A stretch of 64,000 bases of DNA, from contig CBDCTZ010000015.1 of the NCBI GenBank assembly GCA_965222375.1, positions 544,001-608,000 on the forward strand, in the 5' to 3' direction. The stretch is from Polyangiaceae bacterium (GTDB taxonomy: Bacteria; Myxococcota_A; Polyangia; Polyangiales; Polyangiaceae). Shown one piece after another: positions 1 through 10,574 of this stretch. Every line of letters begins with the position of its first letter. The stretch's first letter is position 1. A model generated the notes under the pieces. The model was not told the origin of the DNA. It searched no databases and saw nothing but the letters and a program-made list of their open reading frames with translations. The translations under genes were made by a program, and so were the position numbers.

Positions 1-2
1 AC

Positions 3-596
3 GGCGTCGAGGACAATGGGAATGGCTACAAGGACTGCGATGACGCGGACTGCTTCAGCGACGCCGCATGTATTGCAGCGGACCTATCCAATCAGAAGAT
101 GCCGGGATACACCCTCTGCGGCAAACTGGTTGGCTTCACCAACGTCGACTCGGACCAGGTCTGCCAAGACTACGCGCTGTCCGCCTTTCCGACTTACGCG
201 TCGAAGTGCCAGTACGCCACCTATGAAGGCACCATTACGTTCTATTGCGCGCCGACGAAAGACGCAATTAGCGTGCGTTATGTGGTCAAGACTCAGGTCC
301 CCATCGAGATGGTCAACGGCAAGTCCGTGATTTGGGAAAACCTCGGCGGCGAATACCGGTTTTCGAGCGGTGGTGGCTCCACCGCGGGCCCGTTGCATAG
401 CGTTTCGGAAATTGTCGGCAAGTCTTCACTTCACGAACACTTCGTCGGCTACGAAAAACTTGCTGTGAAGTCGGACACCAAAGGCACACTCCAGGAGTGG
501 TTCGCTCTGTGGACTCTCACGGGTTCCACGCCACCACAAGTTGCCGGGGGCTTTTCCGTGGAGATTGACGCTGCGGCGTTATTCGGCGGCAGCTGA
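3..596 (+). CDS. Partial (5' end outside window) secreted or lipoprotein-like hypothetical with myxobacterial Cys/Asp motif
   Basis: Frame is open from position 3 (GVEDNGNGYKDCDDADC...) into ORF 99..596. The DCxDxDC motif is typical of myxobacterial surface proteins. Confidence 0.6.
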   Translation, partial: GVEDNGNGYKDCDDADCFSDAACIAADLSNQKMPGYTLCGKLVGFTNVDSDQVCQDYALSAFPTYASKCQYATYEGTITFYCAPTKDAISVRYVVKTQVPIEMVNGKSVIWENLGGEYRFSSGGGSTAGPLHSVSEIVGKSSLHEHFVGYEKLAVKSDTKGTLQEWFALWTLTGSTPPQVAGGFSVEIDAAALFGGS

Positions 597-1005
597 TCCC
601 AACCGGGGGGCGCCGTCGGCGGGGGCGGAGGCTAGTGCCCCGCGGCTCCAAGGAGGCATGGCTCCGGAAATCCCGAATCACCCGCGGAAATTGTCCGAAA
701 CCGTTGCTTGCCCAGCCTCGGAGCTCTTGGACGCATAGCTGGGATGTCGGCACGCATGTCAGCGACGAAGGGTAGCGGGTTTCCCTATCTCGTGCTCGAG
801 CGGCTCGATGACAAGGCGCTGGACTCCCACTTCAACAACAGTGTAGTCGGCGCAACGGCCAACACCGGGCCCAACCAAACAACCCTTTGGAGCCAGGGAT
901 GAGCCTACTCCGAGCTTGTCAGCCTCGCTCGATGGCACGCATCGACGCCAGGCCTTTCTTGTGAACGTTCTGAGGGCGTCGCAGCGCACTAGCTAATGCG
1001 ACAAC

Positions 1006-1620
1006 TCAGCGCGCCAGCCCCGGTTCCGTTATATTCGGATTCGTCAAGGAGGTCAGGATGTGGTCGCGCCACTTGCCTGCGATGAACAGATAGTCTCGTG
1101 CCTGGCCCTCCACGCAAAATCCCAGTCGCTCCAGGGTCCGTGCGGAACGCTGGTTGGCGGGAATGTATGCCGCCTCGATCCGATGTAGCGCGAGGCGACC
1201 GAATGCGAATTCGATCGCGGCCGCCAGGGCCTCGGACATCAGCCCCTGACCCTCGTAGGTGTGCGCAACGCCGTAGCCGAGGTTGCATGCTTGGGCAGCT
1301 CCGCGGCGGATCTCCGTGAAGGCGACGTTGCCGATGATCTCCTCGCTGTCGGATAGGGACATGAGCAGGCGCAACGAACGGTCCTCCAGATACTCGGCGC
1401 GATTGGCCGCAAGCCGAAGCCTCCAGAACTCTTCGGTGTAGTAGCCCGGGGGAGCCGGTGGCGACCAAGGTGCCAAATGCTCCTTGTTTTCCCAATAGTA
1501 CTTGAGCACCGCCTTGGCTTCAGCGGGCGCGGGCAGGTAGAGCCTGAGCCGGGCGGGGCGGATCTCGACCGGCGAGGGACTCGTGTCTTCTCCCATGGGA
1601 TCTGAAGACGGGGCAGCCAT
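1006..1620 (-). CDS. rimJ: GNAT N-acetyltransferase, RimJ/RimL family
   Basis: ENKEHLAPWSP, CNLGYGVAHTYEGQGLMSEAL, LHRIEAAYIPANQRSARTLERLGF, YLFIAGKWRDHIL. Start is either 1620 or 1596. Confidence 0.85.
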   Translation of the reverse strand: MAAPSSDPMGEDTSPSPVEIRPARLRLYLPAPAEAKAVLKYYWENKEHLAPWSPPAPPGYYTEEFWRLRLAANRAEYLEDRSLRLLMSLSDSEEIIGNVAFTEIRRGAAQACNLGYGVAHTYEGQGLMSEALAAAIEFAFGRLALHRIEAAYIPANQRSARTLERLGFCVEGQARDYLFIAGKWRDHILTSLTNPNITEPGLAR

Positions 1621-1622
1621 GA

Positions 1623-3137
1623 ATGAACGAGAGTGCCACAATAGTTCCAGCGCGCGATATGCTGCGGGAGATGAAGGCCTCTGGAGCGTTGCGCGGCACG
1701 ATGCAGGGCATCCTCGACGCCGCTCAGAGCAGTCACAACGTCGATTTCGCCGAGATGCGCTTCTTGGACAGCGAGATCGAACGCATCCGGATCCGAGACG
1801 GCGCGGCTGAGTTTCTCGGTGCGCACCGGGAGAGCGGAGTCGGGATCCGCGTCCTGATCGCCGGCGCGTGGGGCTTCGCTTGCACCAGTCGGCTATCGGA
1901 AGCTTCCCTCGCAACCACGATGGCGGAAGCGGCGCGGATTGCGAAAGCCAGCGCGCGGGTGATGCGCACGCCGGCGCGCTTTGCAGCACAGACCGGCGAG
2001 CGAGGCAGCTACCGCACGCCGCTGACCCAGGATCCCTTCTCCATTTCTTTGGAACGCAAGTTCGCGGATTTGGAGCAAGCGGAACGCGCGCTGCGCGCCG
2101 GCGACGGCCCCGTGAGGTCTACGGAAGCCTGGATGACCTGGACGCGTCTCGAGAAACTGTTGCTCACCACGGAAGGCACCGACGTCAACCAACACTTCAC
2201 CTACGGGGACGTGGGCATGTTGTTGCTAGCCGTGGCAGGCGATGGTCGCTCCCAGCGACGCTCGTTTCCATCGGTCCCTGGAGCCTCGGGTTTTCAGGCT
2301 GGTTACGAGCGGGTGGCGGAGCTGCACCTATCCGCAAACGCGGAGCGGATCCGAAATGAAGCCTTGGAACTGCTCAAGGCTCCGGTCTGCCCAGAAGGGC
2401 GCCGAGACATCATCTTGGCCTCGGATCAATTGGCTCTACAGATCCATGAATCCTGCGGTCACCCGACGGAATTGGATCGTGCCTTGGGGCAGGAAATTAC
2501 CTTGGCCGGCGGTTCCTTTCTACGACCCGAACAACTCGGAAAGCTTCAATACGGCTCCAAGATCGTCACTCTGACCGCGGATTCCACGGCCACAGCCGGA
2601 ATGGGCACCTTCGGCTGGGATGACGAAGGCATGGCTGCACGCTCGTCACCGCTGATCCAAGAAGGCGTGTTCGTCGACTACCTTTCGTCCCGGGAAACAG
2701 CGGCGGAAATCGGCAAGGTGTCCACCGCAACCGTACGAGCGGAGAGCTGGAATCGCCTGCCCATGATTCGCATGGTCAATGTATCCTTGGCCCCACGCCG
2801 AGGTCGCCTGGAAGACCTGATCGCCGATACGAAAGACGGCATCCTACTTCAGTCGAACCAGAGTTGGAGCATCGACGATTTTCGACTCAACTTTCAGTTC
2901 TCGACGGAGATCGCCTGGGAGATCAAGAACGGCAAGCGAACACGTTTACTGCGCGACGCCCGCTACACCGGAATCACCCCAGAGTTCTGGAACAGCTGCG
3001 ACGAGATCTGCGGCCCCGAGGACGCGAAGCTGTGGGGGTTTTCCAATTGTGGCAAAGGCGATCCGGTGCAGATCATGCATGTGGGCCACGGAGCCCCGCC
3101 TGCGCGCTTTCGCGCCGTGGAGGTTGGGCACACGTGA
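1623..3137 (+). CDS. tldD: TldD/PmbA family metalloprotease, catalytic subunit
   Basis: GVGIRVL..GAWGFA, HESCGHPTELDR (HExxxH), GTFGWDDEG, CGKGDPVQ...GHGAP. True start may be 1671 or 1701. Confidence 0.9.
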   Translation: MNESATIVPARDMLREMKASGALRGTMQGILDAAQSSHNVDFAEMRFLDSEIERIRIRDGAAEFLGAHRESGVGIRVLIAGAWGFACTSRLSEASLATTMAEAARIAKASARVMRTPARFAAQTGERGSYRTPLTQDPFSISLERKFADLEQAERALRAGDGPVRSTEAWMTWTRLEKLLLTTEGTDVNQHFTYGDVGMLLLAVAGDGRSQRRSFPSVPGASGFQAGYERVAELHLSANAERIRNEALELLKAPVCPEGRRDIILASDQLALQIHESCGHPTELDRALGQEITLAGGSFLRPEQLGKLQYGSKIVTLTADSTATAGMGTFGWDDEGMAARSSPLIQEGVFVDYLSSRETAAEIGKVSTATVRAESWNRLPMIRMVNVSLAPRRGRLEDLIADTKDGILLQSNQSWSIDDFRLNFQFSTEIAWEIKNGKRTRLLRDARYTGITPEFWNSCDEICGPEDAKLWGFSNCGKGDPVQIMHVGHGAPPARFRAVEVGHT

Positions 3138-4501
3138 GCGCCGATGAGTTGGCCGAGCTCCTGAGCTCCGCCCTGAAGCGGGCGGGGGAGCCCGACGCGG
3201 ACGTCATGGCCGTCGACCAGGACCGCGGTTTCGCGCGCTTCGCCGACGGAACCTTGTCCCAGCACATGTCGCTATCGGAACCTCGAGTCAACGTTCGGGT
3301 TGCGCGGGGCAAGCGAGTCGCAGAAGTCAGCGTCGGAAAGTGCGACGAAGACGCCGTGGTCGAGGCGATCGCCAAAGCAGCCGGCCTTGCCTCGAAGATG
3401 CCTGAAGACGAGCACTTTCCCGGTTTTTCGTCGGGGGACGAGCCCTGCCCGACGCCGCGGCAGGCGCCCGCCGCGGAGATGTCTGCAGAAGCTCGTGCGG
3501 CAAAGCTGGAGCAGCCCGTTGCTCGCATCATCAAGCGCGGTCTTTCAGCGACGGGCGCCCTGGAGACGCGGACGGCGAGTCACGCTGTCGTCAACACACG
3601 TGGGCTGCGCCGCTCCCACCGTTCGACCTACGCCAACTACCGGATTTGGGCACTGGAAACGGCCGGTGGGCGCGGAGCCTCCGGCTTCGCCCAGAGCGTC
3701 GGTCCCGACTTGGACTGTCTCGATCTGGAAACCACCACGGATTGCGCAATCGATGATGCGCAGCGCTCGAAGTCGCCGATCTCGCTTGAACCTGCTGCCT
3801 ACGATGTAGTGTTGGCGCCAGACGCGGTGGCCGAGCTTTTCGAGTGGATGGCCTTCATTGCCTTCGGCGCGGAAAGTCTTCAGCAAGGCACGAGCCCACT
3901 TGCGGAAAAGCTCGGCGAGACCATTAGTGGTGCCAGCTTGAGTGTCGAAGAGGACCCACATGGCGATCTCTCCTACGCGACACCCTTTGACCGCGAAGGC
4001 ACTCCACGCCAGCACGTGGACCTCATCGACGCGGGTGTAGCGCGGGGCGTCGTGACGGACCGAAGGTGGGCCGCGCGTCTGGATGGTGCTTCCACGGGAC
4101 ACGCCCCCTGGCCGAGCCTGTTGGATAGCGGCGCACCCCAGCCGTCAGCCATGGTCCTCGGGGAAGGGACCGAGAGCGACGTAAAACAACTGATCGGGCA
4201 CATGAAGCGGGGCCTGTTCCTCCGGCGCCTTCACTATGTGAACGGCCTGTTGGAAACGCGACGAGCGGTCATGACTGGGCTATCGCGAGACGGAACGTTT
4301 CTGGTCGAAAACGGCGAGATCACGGCAGCAGTGCACCCTCTGCGCTTCACGGACAGCGTGTTGGAGGCCTTCGCGCGTGGAGCGCTGTCCTGTCGTCGCC
4401 GCGAGGTGATTCCTCCGCGTTGGTCGGATGGCGGAACCGTCGCGTGCCCGGCCGTACTGCTGCCCAAGCTGAGTTTCACCGGCACCACGGCAACGAGTTG
4501 A
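3134..4501 (+). CDS. pmbA: TldE/PmbA family partner subunit
   Basis: GTG start overlaps the tldD stop. YDVVLAPDAVAEL, PFDREG, TGLSRDGTFLVENGEI. No HExxxH motif. Confidence 0.8.
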   Translation: MSADELAELLSSALKRAGEPDADVMAVDQDRGFARFADGTLSQHMSLSEPRVNVRVARGKRVAEVSVGKCDEDAVVEAIAKAAGLASKMPEDEHFPGFSSGDEPCPTPRQAPAAEMSAEARAAKLEQPVARIIKRGLSATGALETRTASHAVVNTRGLRRSHRSTYANYRIWALETAGGRGASGFAQSVGPDLDCLDLETTTDCAIDDAQRSKSPISLEPAAYDVVLAPDAVAELFEWMAFIAFGAESLQQGTSPLAEKLGETISGASLSVEEDPHGDLSYATPFDREGTPRQHVDLIDAGVARGVVTDRRWAARLDGASTGHAPWPSLLDSGAPQPSAMVLGEGTESDVKQLIGHMKRGLFLRRLHYVNGLLETRRAVMTGLSRDGTFLVENGEITAAVHPLRFTDSVLEAFARGALSCRRREVIPPRWSDGGTVACPAVLLPKLSFTGTTATS

Positions 4502-4594
4502 CGCCGCACCAAATCCGGCCAGCACGTCACTTCGTATAGCGCGCAAAGCGTACCCAAACGTATGCGCAAAAGGTGATAGTCTGCGAAGTTCCCC

Positions 4595-5377
4595 ATGCCG
4601 AAAGACCGCACGCGCTGGACATTCTCAGCGGACGATTTCAACGCCGCCACACGGGCGGGCCAGCAGCCGGGGCCGAGATCGACACGCACAATCACAGCCG
4701 ACGATCTCGACGTGTTCTTCCAACCCATCGTGTCGATGAAAACCGGCAAGCTGTGGGCCACGGAAGCCCTGGTGCGCTGCAAGTGGCCTGAGTACGAGAA
4801 CCCCTTGGAGCTCTTCGAAACGGCCGAACGTGAGCGTGCCTGTGGGCGGCTAGGGCGCCCGATCCGTGAGGTTGCCATCAGTCGGGCTGCTGGCGCGCGA
4901 CTGTTCTTGAACATTCACCCGGAAGAGCTGAGCTCCCGATGGTTGGTGCGCCCGGACGATCCCTTGACCTACCATGAGGGGGAACTCTTTCTGGAAATCA
5001 CGGAATCTGCCGCCTTCGAATACTTCGACCTATGCCGCAGCGTGCTGCGTGAAGTTTGCTTGCGCACTTCCGCAAACCTCGTGGTGGACGACCTGGGAGC
5101 GGGACACTCCAATCTGCGCCGGGTACTCGATCTCGAGCCCGCCGTGGTCAAGCTGGATCGGGAGCTGATCCGTGAAATCGACAAGAGCCGTCGTCAGTTC
5201 GTACTCGTCAAAGCGGTGGTGGATCTGTGTAAAGACCTTGGCGCTCAGGTCGTCTGTGAGGGCATTGAAACCATCGACGAGTTGAAGGCTGTGCGCGACA
5301 CCGGCGCGGATTATGCCCAGGGCTACCTCGTGGCTCGCCCGGGCTACCCCGCGCCGGCCGTAAATTGGCCGCTTTAA
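4595..5377 (+). CDS. Stand-alone EAL domain protein (c-di-GMP phosphodiesterase-like)
   Basis: FQPIV, EALVR, LFLN, LEITES, VDDLGAGHS, VKLDR, EGIET, AQGYL. Confidence 0.9.
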   Translation: MPKDRTRWTFSADDFNAATRAGQQPGPRSTRTITADDLDVFFQPIVSMKTGKLWATEALVRCKWPEYENPLELFETAERERACGRLGRPIREVAISRAAGARLFLNIHPEELSSRWLVRPDDPLTYHEGELFLEITESAAFEYFDLCRSVLREVCLRTSANLVVDDLGAGHSNLRRVLDLEPAVVKLDRELIREIDKSRRQFVLVKAVVDLCKDLGAQVVCEGIETIDELKAVRDTGADYAQGYLVARPGYPAPAVNWPL

Positions 5378-5449
5378 TAGGCAGATCCCAGATCCTGCGC
5401 TTGTAAGCAGCTTGACGGATGCGGCGCAGAGCGAAAGGATCAAGCGGGC

Positions 5450-6886
5450 ATGAATTCGCGTGGGACTGACTTGGCAGCGAGGGCGCGGGAACGCCTTGGC
5501 CGAGTGCTACGCGGCAAGTGGACGTTGGACGAACTGCTGGGGCTCGGCGGCATGGCGGCGGTGTATGCGGCCACCCATCGAAACGGCAACCGCGTCGCCA
5601 TCAAGATCCTCGAGCCCGAAGCCGCGACGGTCAAAGACGTCCGCACTCGATTCCTGCGAGAAGGATACCTGGCGAACCAGGTGGAACACCCTGGGGCAGT
5701 CTCGATTCAAGACGACGACATGGACGAAGACGGCACACCGTTCTTGGTCATGGAGCTCTTGGACGGACAAAGCCTCGACTCCCGTTGGCAGGCCGAGGGC
5801 AAGCTGCCGTGGCAAGACGCCTTGCTCATCGCCCACGGGGTGCTCGACGTTTTGGCAGCCGCCCAAGAAAAGGGCATCGTGCATCGGGACCTGAAGCCCG
5901 GCAACGTATTCATCGAGCGCACTGGCAGTATCAAAGTGCTGGACTTCGGCATCGCCCGGTTGACCCAAAAGGGATTCCGCCCAGGTAGCACCGGCTACGA
6001 CACGGCGCTTGGGACTCCTGGGTTCATTTCCCCAGAGCAGGCTCGCGGTCGCTGGGACGAGGTCGATGGCAAGAGTGACGTGTTTTCCGTGGGCGCAACC
6101 ATGTTTGCGATCCTGTCCGGAAGGCACGTACATGAGGCGGAAACCTCCAACGAGCAGTTTGCTCTGGCGATGACAGAAAAGGCGCCGCCCATGGCGGAGG
6201 TTGCACCCGAAGTGCCGTCGGAGGTCTGTGCGATCGTGGATCGCGCGCTGCAGTATGACAAAGAACTGCGCTGGGAAGACGCCAACGGCATGCTCGCGGC
6301 GGTGACCGCGGCCTACAAGGAGTTGGTGGGCGAAGAACTCAAGCCCGCGCCGCGCTCCGCGACGTCAGCGCAGCGCCCTTCGAGAGACGTTGCCCTGGAC
6401 GCGCCAACCATGGCGGCGGATACCACCCACGACCGCAAGACCACGACCCGCCCCGTCTCGAACGGCGAAGCGCTGAAAGAAGGCTCGTCCCGCCGCGTGT
6501 TGGCAGGGGCAGCCGTCATCCTGCTCCTCGGCGTCGGAGGGTTTGCTGCGGTCAGCGCCAGCGGGGGTTCCACCGCGAGCGATCCGGCGCCATCCGCAGC
6601 AGGGGGCGCCAGCGAACCCGCGACGGAGCTGGCGCCAGTCACAGCCCCGCCGGCCCCATCGGCAGCCCCCAGCCAACTGCCGGAAGCGGCCACCACGGCC
6701 GCGTCATCGGACCAGCCGACACCGGTCGCCGAAAAGCCACCCGAACGGCCAAAATCCGAGTCCCCGTCGAAGAAATCCAAGCCCAAAAGTGCGCCAGTTT
6801 CTTCCCAATCCGGGGCGTCCGGGGCGCCGAGCACGCCCGCTGCCGTGGGTTCTTCGCCCATCGATATCTTCACTCGACGGAAATAG
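5450..6886 (+). CDS. Hanks-type Ser/Thr protein kinase with TM helix and Pro/Ser-rich tail
   Basis: LGLGGMAAVY, VAIK, HRDLKPGN, DFG, GTPGFISPEQ, DVFSVG. Confidence 0.95.
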   Translation: MNSRGTDLAARARERLGRVLRGKWTLDELLGLGGMAAVYAATHRNGNRVAIKILEPEAATVKDVRTRFLREGYLANQVEHPGAVSIQDDDMDEDGTPFLVMELLDGQSLDSRWQAEGKLPWQDALLIAHGVLDVLAAAQEKGIVHRDLKPGNVFIERTGSIKVLDFGIARLTQKGFRPGSTGYDTALGTPGFISPEQARGRWDEVDGKSDVFSVGATMFAILSGRHVHEAETSNEQFALAMTEKAPPMAEVAPEVPSEVCAIVDRALQYDKELRWEDANGMLAAVTAAYKELVGEELKPAPRSATSAQRPSRDVALDAPTMAADTTHDRKTTTRPVSNGEALKEGSSRRVLAGAAVILLLGVGGFAAVSASGGSTASDPAPSAAGGASEPATELAPVTAPPAPSAAPSQLPEAATTAASSDQPTPVAEKPPERPKSESPSKKSKPKSAPVSSQSGASGAPSTPAAVGSSPIDIFTRRK

Positions 6887-6903
6887 CTCGCAATACTGTG
6901 GGT

Positions 6904-7863
6904 ATGCGCCTTGCGGTCGTGCTCGCAGTGCTGGTTTCCGCACACACAGCGGCGGCCCAGAACGCCCATGATCCAGCGGCTGCCGAAGCGCTGTTTTCCG
7001 CAGCTCGAACAGATCTGGCCAACGGCAATGTGCGGGAAGCGTGCCGCAAGTTCGAAGAGAGCCAGCGCCTCGATCCGGCCGTAGGCACGGTGATCAACCT
7101 GGCCGCCTGCCTCGAGAAACTCGGGCGCCTCGCTAGTGCTTGGGAGAAATGGCAACAAGCACAACGCTTGCTCAGTCCTTCTGATGAGCGCCACGCGGTG
7201 GTGATCAAGCGTGCAAAAGCTGTCGACCAACGGGTGCCCCGGCTCACCCTGCGCCTCACGACGGACCACCCACTGTCGACGACCGTACTTCGTGATGGCG
7301 TGAAACTGGGTCCCGCAGCGCGCTCTGTCCCTCTGCCTGTGGACCCGGGGCTGCACGTACTCGTAGTTCGAGCCCCAGGTCACGAAGACCGCCGCTACGA
7401 AATCGACTTGCGCGAGGGCCAGAGGCGAGAGCTCGTTCTGGAAGTTGGCGCAGAGAAGAAATCCGCCGCATCCCAAGAAACGCCAGAGGCGAAAAAGTCA
7501 GTTCCGGCTCAGCCACCTCCTGCAAAAGCAGACGTGAGCGATAACCTGTATCGCCCCCCCGTGCTGGGCTACGCGCTCCTGGGCGCAGGGGCGGCCGCCG
7601 CAGTGGTGGGAACCATTGCTGGAATCGGCGCGCTGAACAAGAAGAGCAAAATGGACGACGACTGCTCCACCCAAGGCGGGCAGCGCGTATGCGGGCCTGC
7701 TGGTCTCGATGCTGCAGACTCTGGCAAGACCTTCGCAACGGTGAGCAACGTCGCGTTCGTCGTCGCGGCCGTGGGCCTTGGTGCCGGGACCTATTTCACC
7801 TTTTTCGCCCAGCCTCAGACGGGAGCCCAAAGCGCTACCCTCAGGCTGCAGGGCTCGTTTTGA
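6904..7863 (+). CDS. Secreted TPR + PEGA-like domain protein with C-terminal membrane segment
   Basis: Signal peptide; AAEALF..ACRKFEESQRLDPAVGTVINLAACLEKLG; PVDPGLHVLVVRAPG; ends LQGSF. Confidence 0.75.
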   Translation: MRLAVVLAVLVSAHTAAAQNAHDPAAAEALFSAARTDLANGNVREACRKFEESQRLDPAVGTVINLAACLEKLGRLASAWEKWQQAQRLLSPSDERHAVVIKRAKAVDQRVPRLTLRLTTDHPLSTTVLRDGVKLGPAARSVPLPVDPGLHVLVVRAPGHEDRRYEIDLREGQRRELVLEVGAEKKSAASQETPEAKKSVPAQPPPAKADVSDNLYRPPVLGYALLGAGAAAAVVGTIAGIGALNKKSKMDDDCSTQGGQRVCGPAGLDAADSGKTFATVSNVAFVVAAVGLGAGTYFTFFAQPQTGAQSATLRLQGSF

Positions 7864-9005
7864 TGCGGAACTTGCCCGTCCTCGTCGCGGTGCTGGCTTG
7901 CTTGGGCTGCGAGTCCCTGATTGGTGCGGACTTCGATGACGCCAAGCGGAGACCAACGGCGGATGCGGGAGTCGACGCACAAGCTGAGGGCGGCGCGTGC
8001 ATCAACGCCGTGCCCCCGGTTCCACCCGAGGTGACGGGCGCGGGCGGTGACACGCGCTTCACGGTGGTCCTGCACGACTTCTACTTCGGTGAAGGTAAGG
8101 ATCCTCAGGACAAACCCGACTATTACAACGTGGGATTCGACTTGGACGGCGTGTGCGCGAACCACGGCCAGGCACCGAACTGCACGGCGGACTTCCCCAC
8201 CGCAGATCCGACGGACGGTCCCCGGGGCGAAGACAATGGCGTCGGTCGCATGCTGTCCGAGCAGGAACCGGTGTTTGGAGCCACGGTCATCACGGGCACC
8301 AACGTATCCAATGGAGTCGCCGAAGGCCGCTACGCGCCCATCGGTGTGATCGAAGTGGGTGGCTACAATGGGTTTTCCGAGGACGACGTTTTGGAGGTGA
8401 CTTGGTCCGTCGCCTTGGCAACCGAAGCGAACCCATCCGGCAAGTTCGTGCCCAAGCTGGACGGCAGCGACATGTGGCCCCTGGCCGACGCTGCAGAAGC
8501 GGGTGGTACGGCCGGCACAGCGCTGAAGTTCACGAGCACCCGCGCTTACGCGAACAAGCGGCGCCTGGTCGCATTCTTCGACGACGCTTTGGTGCCCTTG
8601 GCCAATGTGTACTTCGAGGCCAAGCAGATCGTGCTGACCGCAGACTTGAATTTCGACCCTGCAGACCAAACCTGGAGCCTGGGAGATGGGCTTCTGGGCG
8701 GATACTCTGAAGCGGACGAGCTGTTGGCGGTTGTGCCGCGAATCACGACCCAGTTTCTGGGCGTGCCGTTGTGCACGGACAACAAGAGCTACCCCATGAC
8801 CAAGGAGTTCATCTGCGCCAACGCCGACTACGCCTCGCCGGCGCTCCCCCCGGGACAACCGTGCGATGCCGTCAGTTTCGCCATGCGCTTCGAATCCGTC
8901 GTTGCGAGCGCCGGGGAACTCGGCGCGTTTCCACCAGCCAAGGCGAAGTGCCCCGCGGCGACGGATCCGGCATCAGACAGCTGCTCGATCCCGGTGAAGC
9001 GGTAG
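7863..9005 (+). CDS. Myxobacterial lipoprotein, hypothetical
   Basis: ATG overlaps the upstream stop; lipobox-like ACLGC; GFDLDG and DGPRGEDNG motifs. Confidence 0.7.
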   Translation: MRNLPVLVAVLACLGCESLIGADFDDAKRRPTADAGVDAQAEGGACINAVPPVPPEVTGAGGDTRFTVVLHDFYFGEGKDPQDKPDYYNVGFDLDGVCANHGQAPNCTADFPTADPTDGPRGEDNGVGRMLSEQEPVFGATVITGTNVSNGVAEGRYAPIGVIEVGGYNGFSEDDVLEVTWSVALATEANPSGKFVPKLDGSDMWPLADAAEAGGTAGTALKFTSTRAYANKRRLVAFFDDALVPLANVYFEAKQIVLTADLNFDPADQTWSLGDGLLGGYSEADELLAVVPRITTQFLGVPLCTDNKSYPMTKEFICANADYASPALPPGQPCDAVSFAMRFESVVASAGELGAFPPAKAKCPAATDPASDSCSIPVKR

Positions 9006-9131
9006 CCCGCCGGCCATCGGGGTGAGGCACCACACGGGAACGGGACGGCCTTCGCACACTACCCGACGTGTAGGTGTTCGAAACCCCGTCGGACATTTGT
9101 TGAGACCGCAGCAACGTGGCATTCTCCTGGC

Positions 9132-10364
9132 ATGTTCCGGGTAGGTTTGGGCACGTCTCTGCTGGTGGCCCTCGCGGGCGTGTGGGCCGGCTGCAGCGGC
9201 ACTGATAACGCTGGGATCGCCGGAACCGGCGCAGTGGGCGCCGGTTCCGGCAACGCGGGCGCCGGCGCCGGCGGCACTGCCGCGAGTTCGGGCAACGCGG
9301 GTGCCTCGGGTGGAGGCGCGGTAGGCGGCTTCGGCGGAGGCGCCAATAGCGGCGGTATCGGAGCCGGAGGACCGACCGATAGTGGTATCCCAGACGTGGC
9401 GTTCACCTACGACGGGAACCTGCCTGAGGAAGACGCCTGCGCCGCGGTAACCGTTACAGCCCAGCTCGTTCCGTTGGATCTCTACGTCGTGCTCGACCGC
9501 TCGGGTTCCATGGTCAATCCCAGCCTTGGCAACCTGCGCTGGCCGCCAGTCCGCAATGCACTGAATCAGTTCTTTCAGAGCGCCCAAGCCAAAAACATCG
9601 GCATCGCGCTGACGATGTTTGCTCATCCGAGCAAGAGCCAGTGCTCGGCGTCTTCGTATCAAACACCCATGGTCGCCATGGCTCCATTGCCCGGCAACGC
9701 GAGCGGGCACGCCCTCACACTGCAAAACACGATGAACGCCAATGCGCCCGCGCTCGGCATCGGCACACCCACCGAGTCCGCCATGCAAGGCGCGGTCACC
9801 TTCGCCCGGAATCACAAGAACGCCAACGCGGGACGCACCGTCGCAATCATCTTGGCGACGGACGGCATCCCCGGCGCTGCCTGCAGTGGCCAATCGGCAT
9901 CCGGCGTGCAGAGCGCCATCGCCGGGGGCTTTACGGGGAATCCATCCATCAAGACCTTCGTGATCGGGATCGACCCCAACTCCAGCATGAAAACCAACAT
10001 TACGAACTGGGCCAACGCTGGCGGTGGGCAGTCCTTCGACGTGGCCACCTCGGCCGGCTCGGCGCAGTTCCTTCAGGCCATGAAGAACATCCAGGGCTCG
10101 CTCTTGGGTTGCACGTTCTCGATGCCCAAACCCAGCACCGGCGTAGTTCAGCCCGACAAGGTCAAGGTGATCTTCACGCCGGGCAGCGGTGGCCCGATAC
10201 AGCTGCCGCGAGCGACCAACAAGGCGGCCTGCAGCGGCCCCGGTTGGTTCTACGACAACAATACGACCCCAACGACCATCGAGCTCTGCCCTGCCAGCTG
10301 CACTACCGCGCAGGGCGACCCAAACGGCAAGATCGATATCGAACTGGGCTGCCTCGGCTCGTGA
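9132..10364 (+). CDS. VWA-domain lipoprotein with Gly-rich linker and Cys-rich C-terminus
   Basis: WAGC lipobox; MIDAS VLDRSGSM; TPT; LATDG; GWFYDN..IELCPASC. Confidence 0.85.
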   Translation: MFRVGLGTSLLVALAGVWAGCSGTDNAGIAGTGAVGAGSGNAGAGAGGTAASSGNAGASGGGAVGGFGGGANSGGIGAGGPTDSGIPDVAFTYDGNLPEEDACAAVTVTAQLVPLDLYVVLDRSGSMVNPSLGNLRWPPVRNALNQFFQSAQAKNIGIALTMFAHPSKSQCSASSYQTPMVAMAPLPGNASGHALTLQNTMNANAPALGIGTPTESAMQGAVTFARNHKNANAGRTVAIILATDGIPGAACSGQSASGVQSAIAGGFTGNPSIKTFVIGIDPNSSMKTNITNWANAGGGQSFDVATSAGSAQFLQAMKNIQGSLLGCTFSMPKPSTGVVQPDKVKVIFTPGSGGPIQLPRATNKAACSGPGWFYDNNTTPTTIELCPASCTTAQGDPNGKIDIELGCLGS

Positions 10365-10574
10365 GGCAGCAGCCCTGACATTTGGTTTTTTGGGAGTGTG
10401 CCGCCCGGCGCGTCATCGGCACCTCGCCTTGAGCGGCCTCGGGCGGCGCCCGCTGTCGGCCTCGCGCCCGTAGCTGGAGCGCCACGTTGGCGCGCCCAAT
10501 GTGCAAGACGTAGGCGGCTCTCTGGGTCGCGGTCCATTGACGGCGAGGGTGGTTTTGCTCGAACATGTCGGATC

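Noticed and set aside
1006..4501. TldD/PmbA + GNAT as a RiPP cluster
   Set aside because: No precursor peptide, YcaO or other maturase nearby; these genes are commonly housekeeping.
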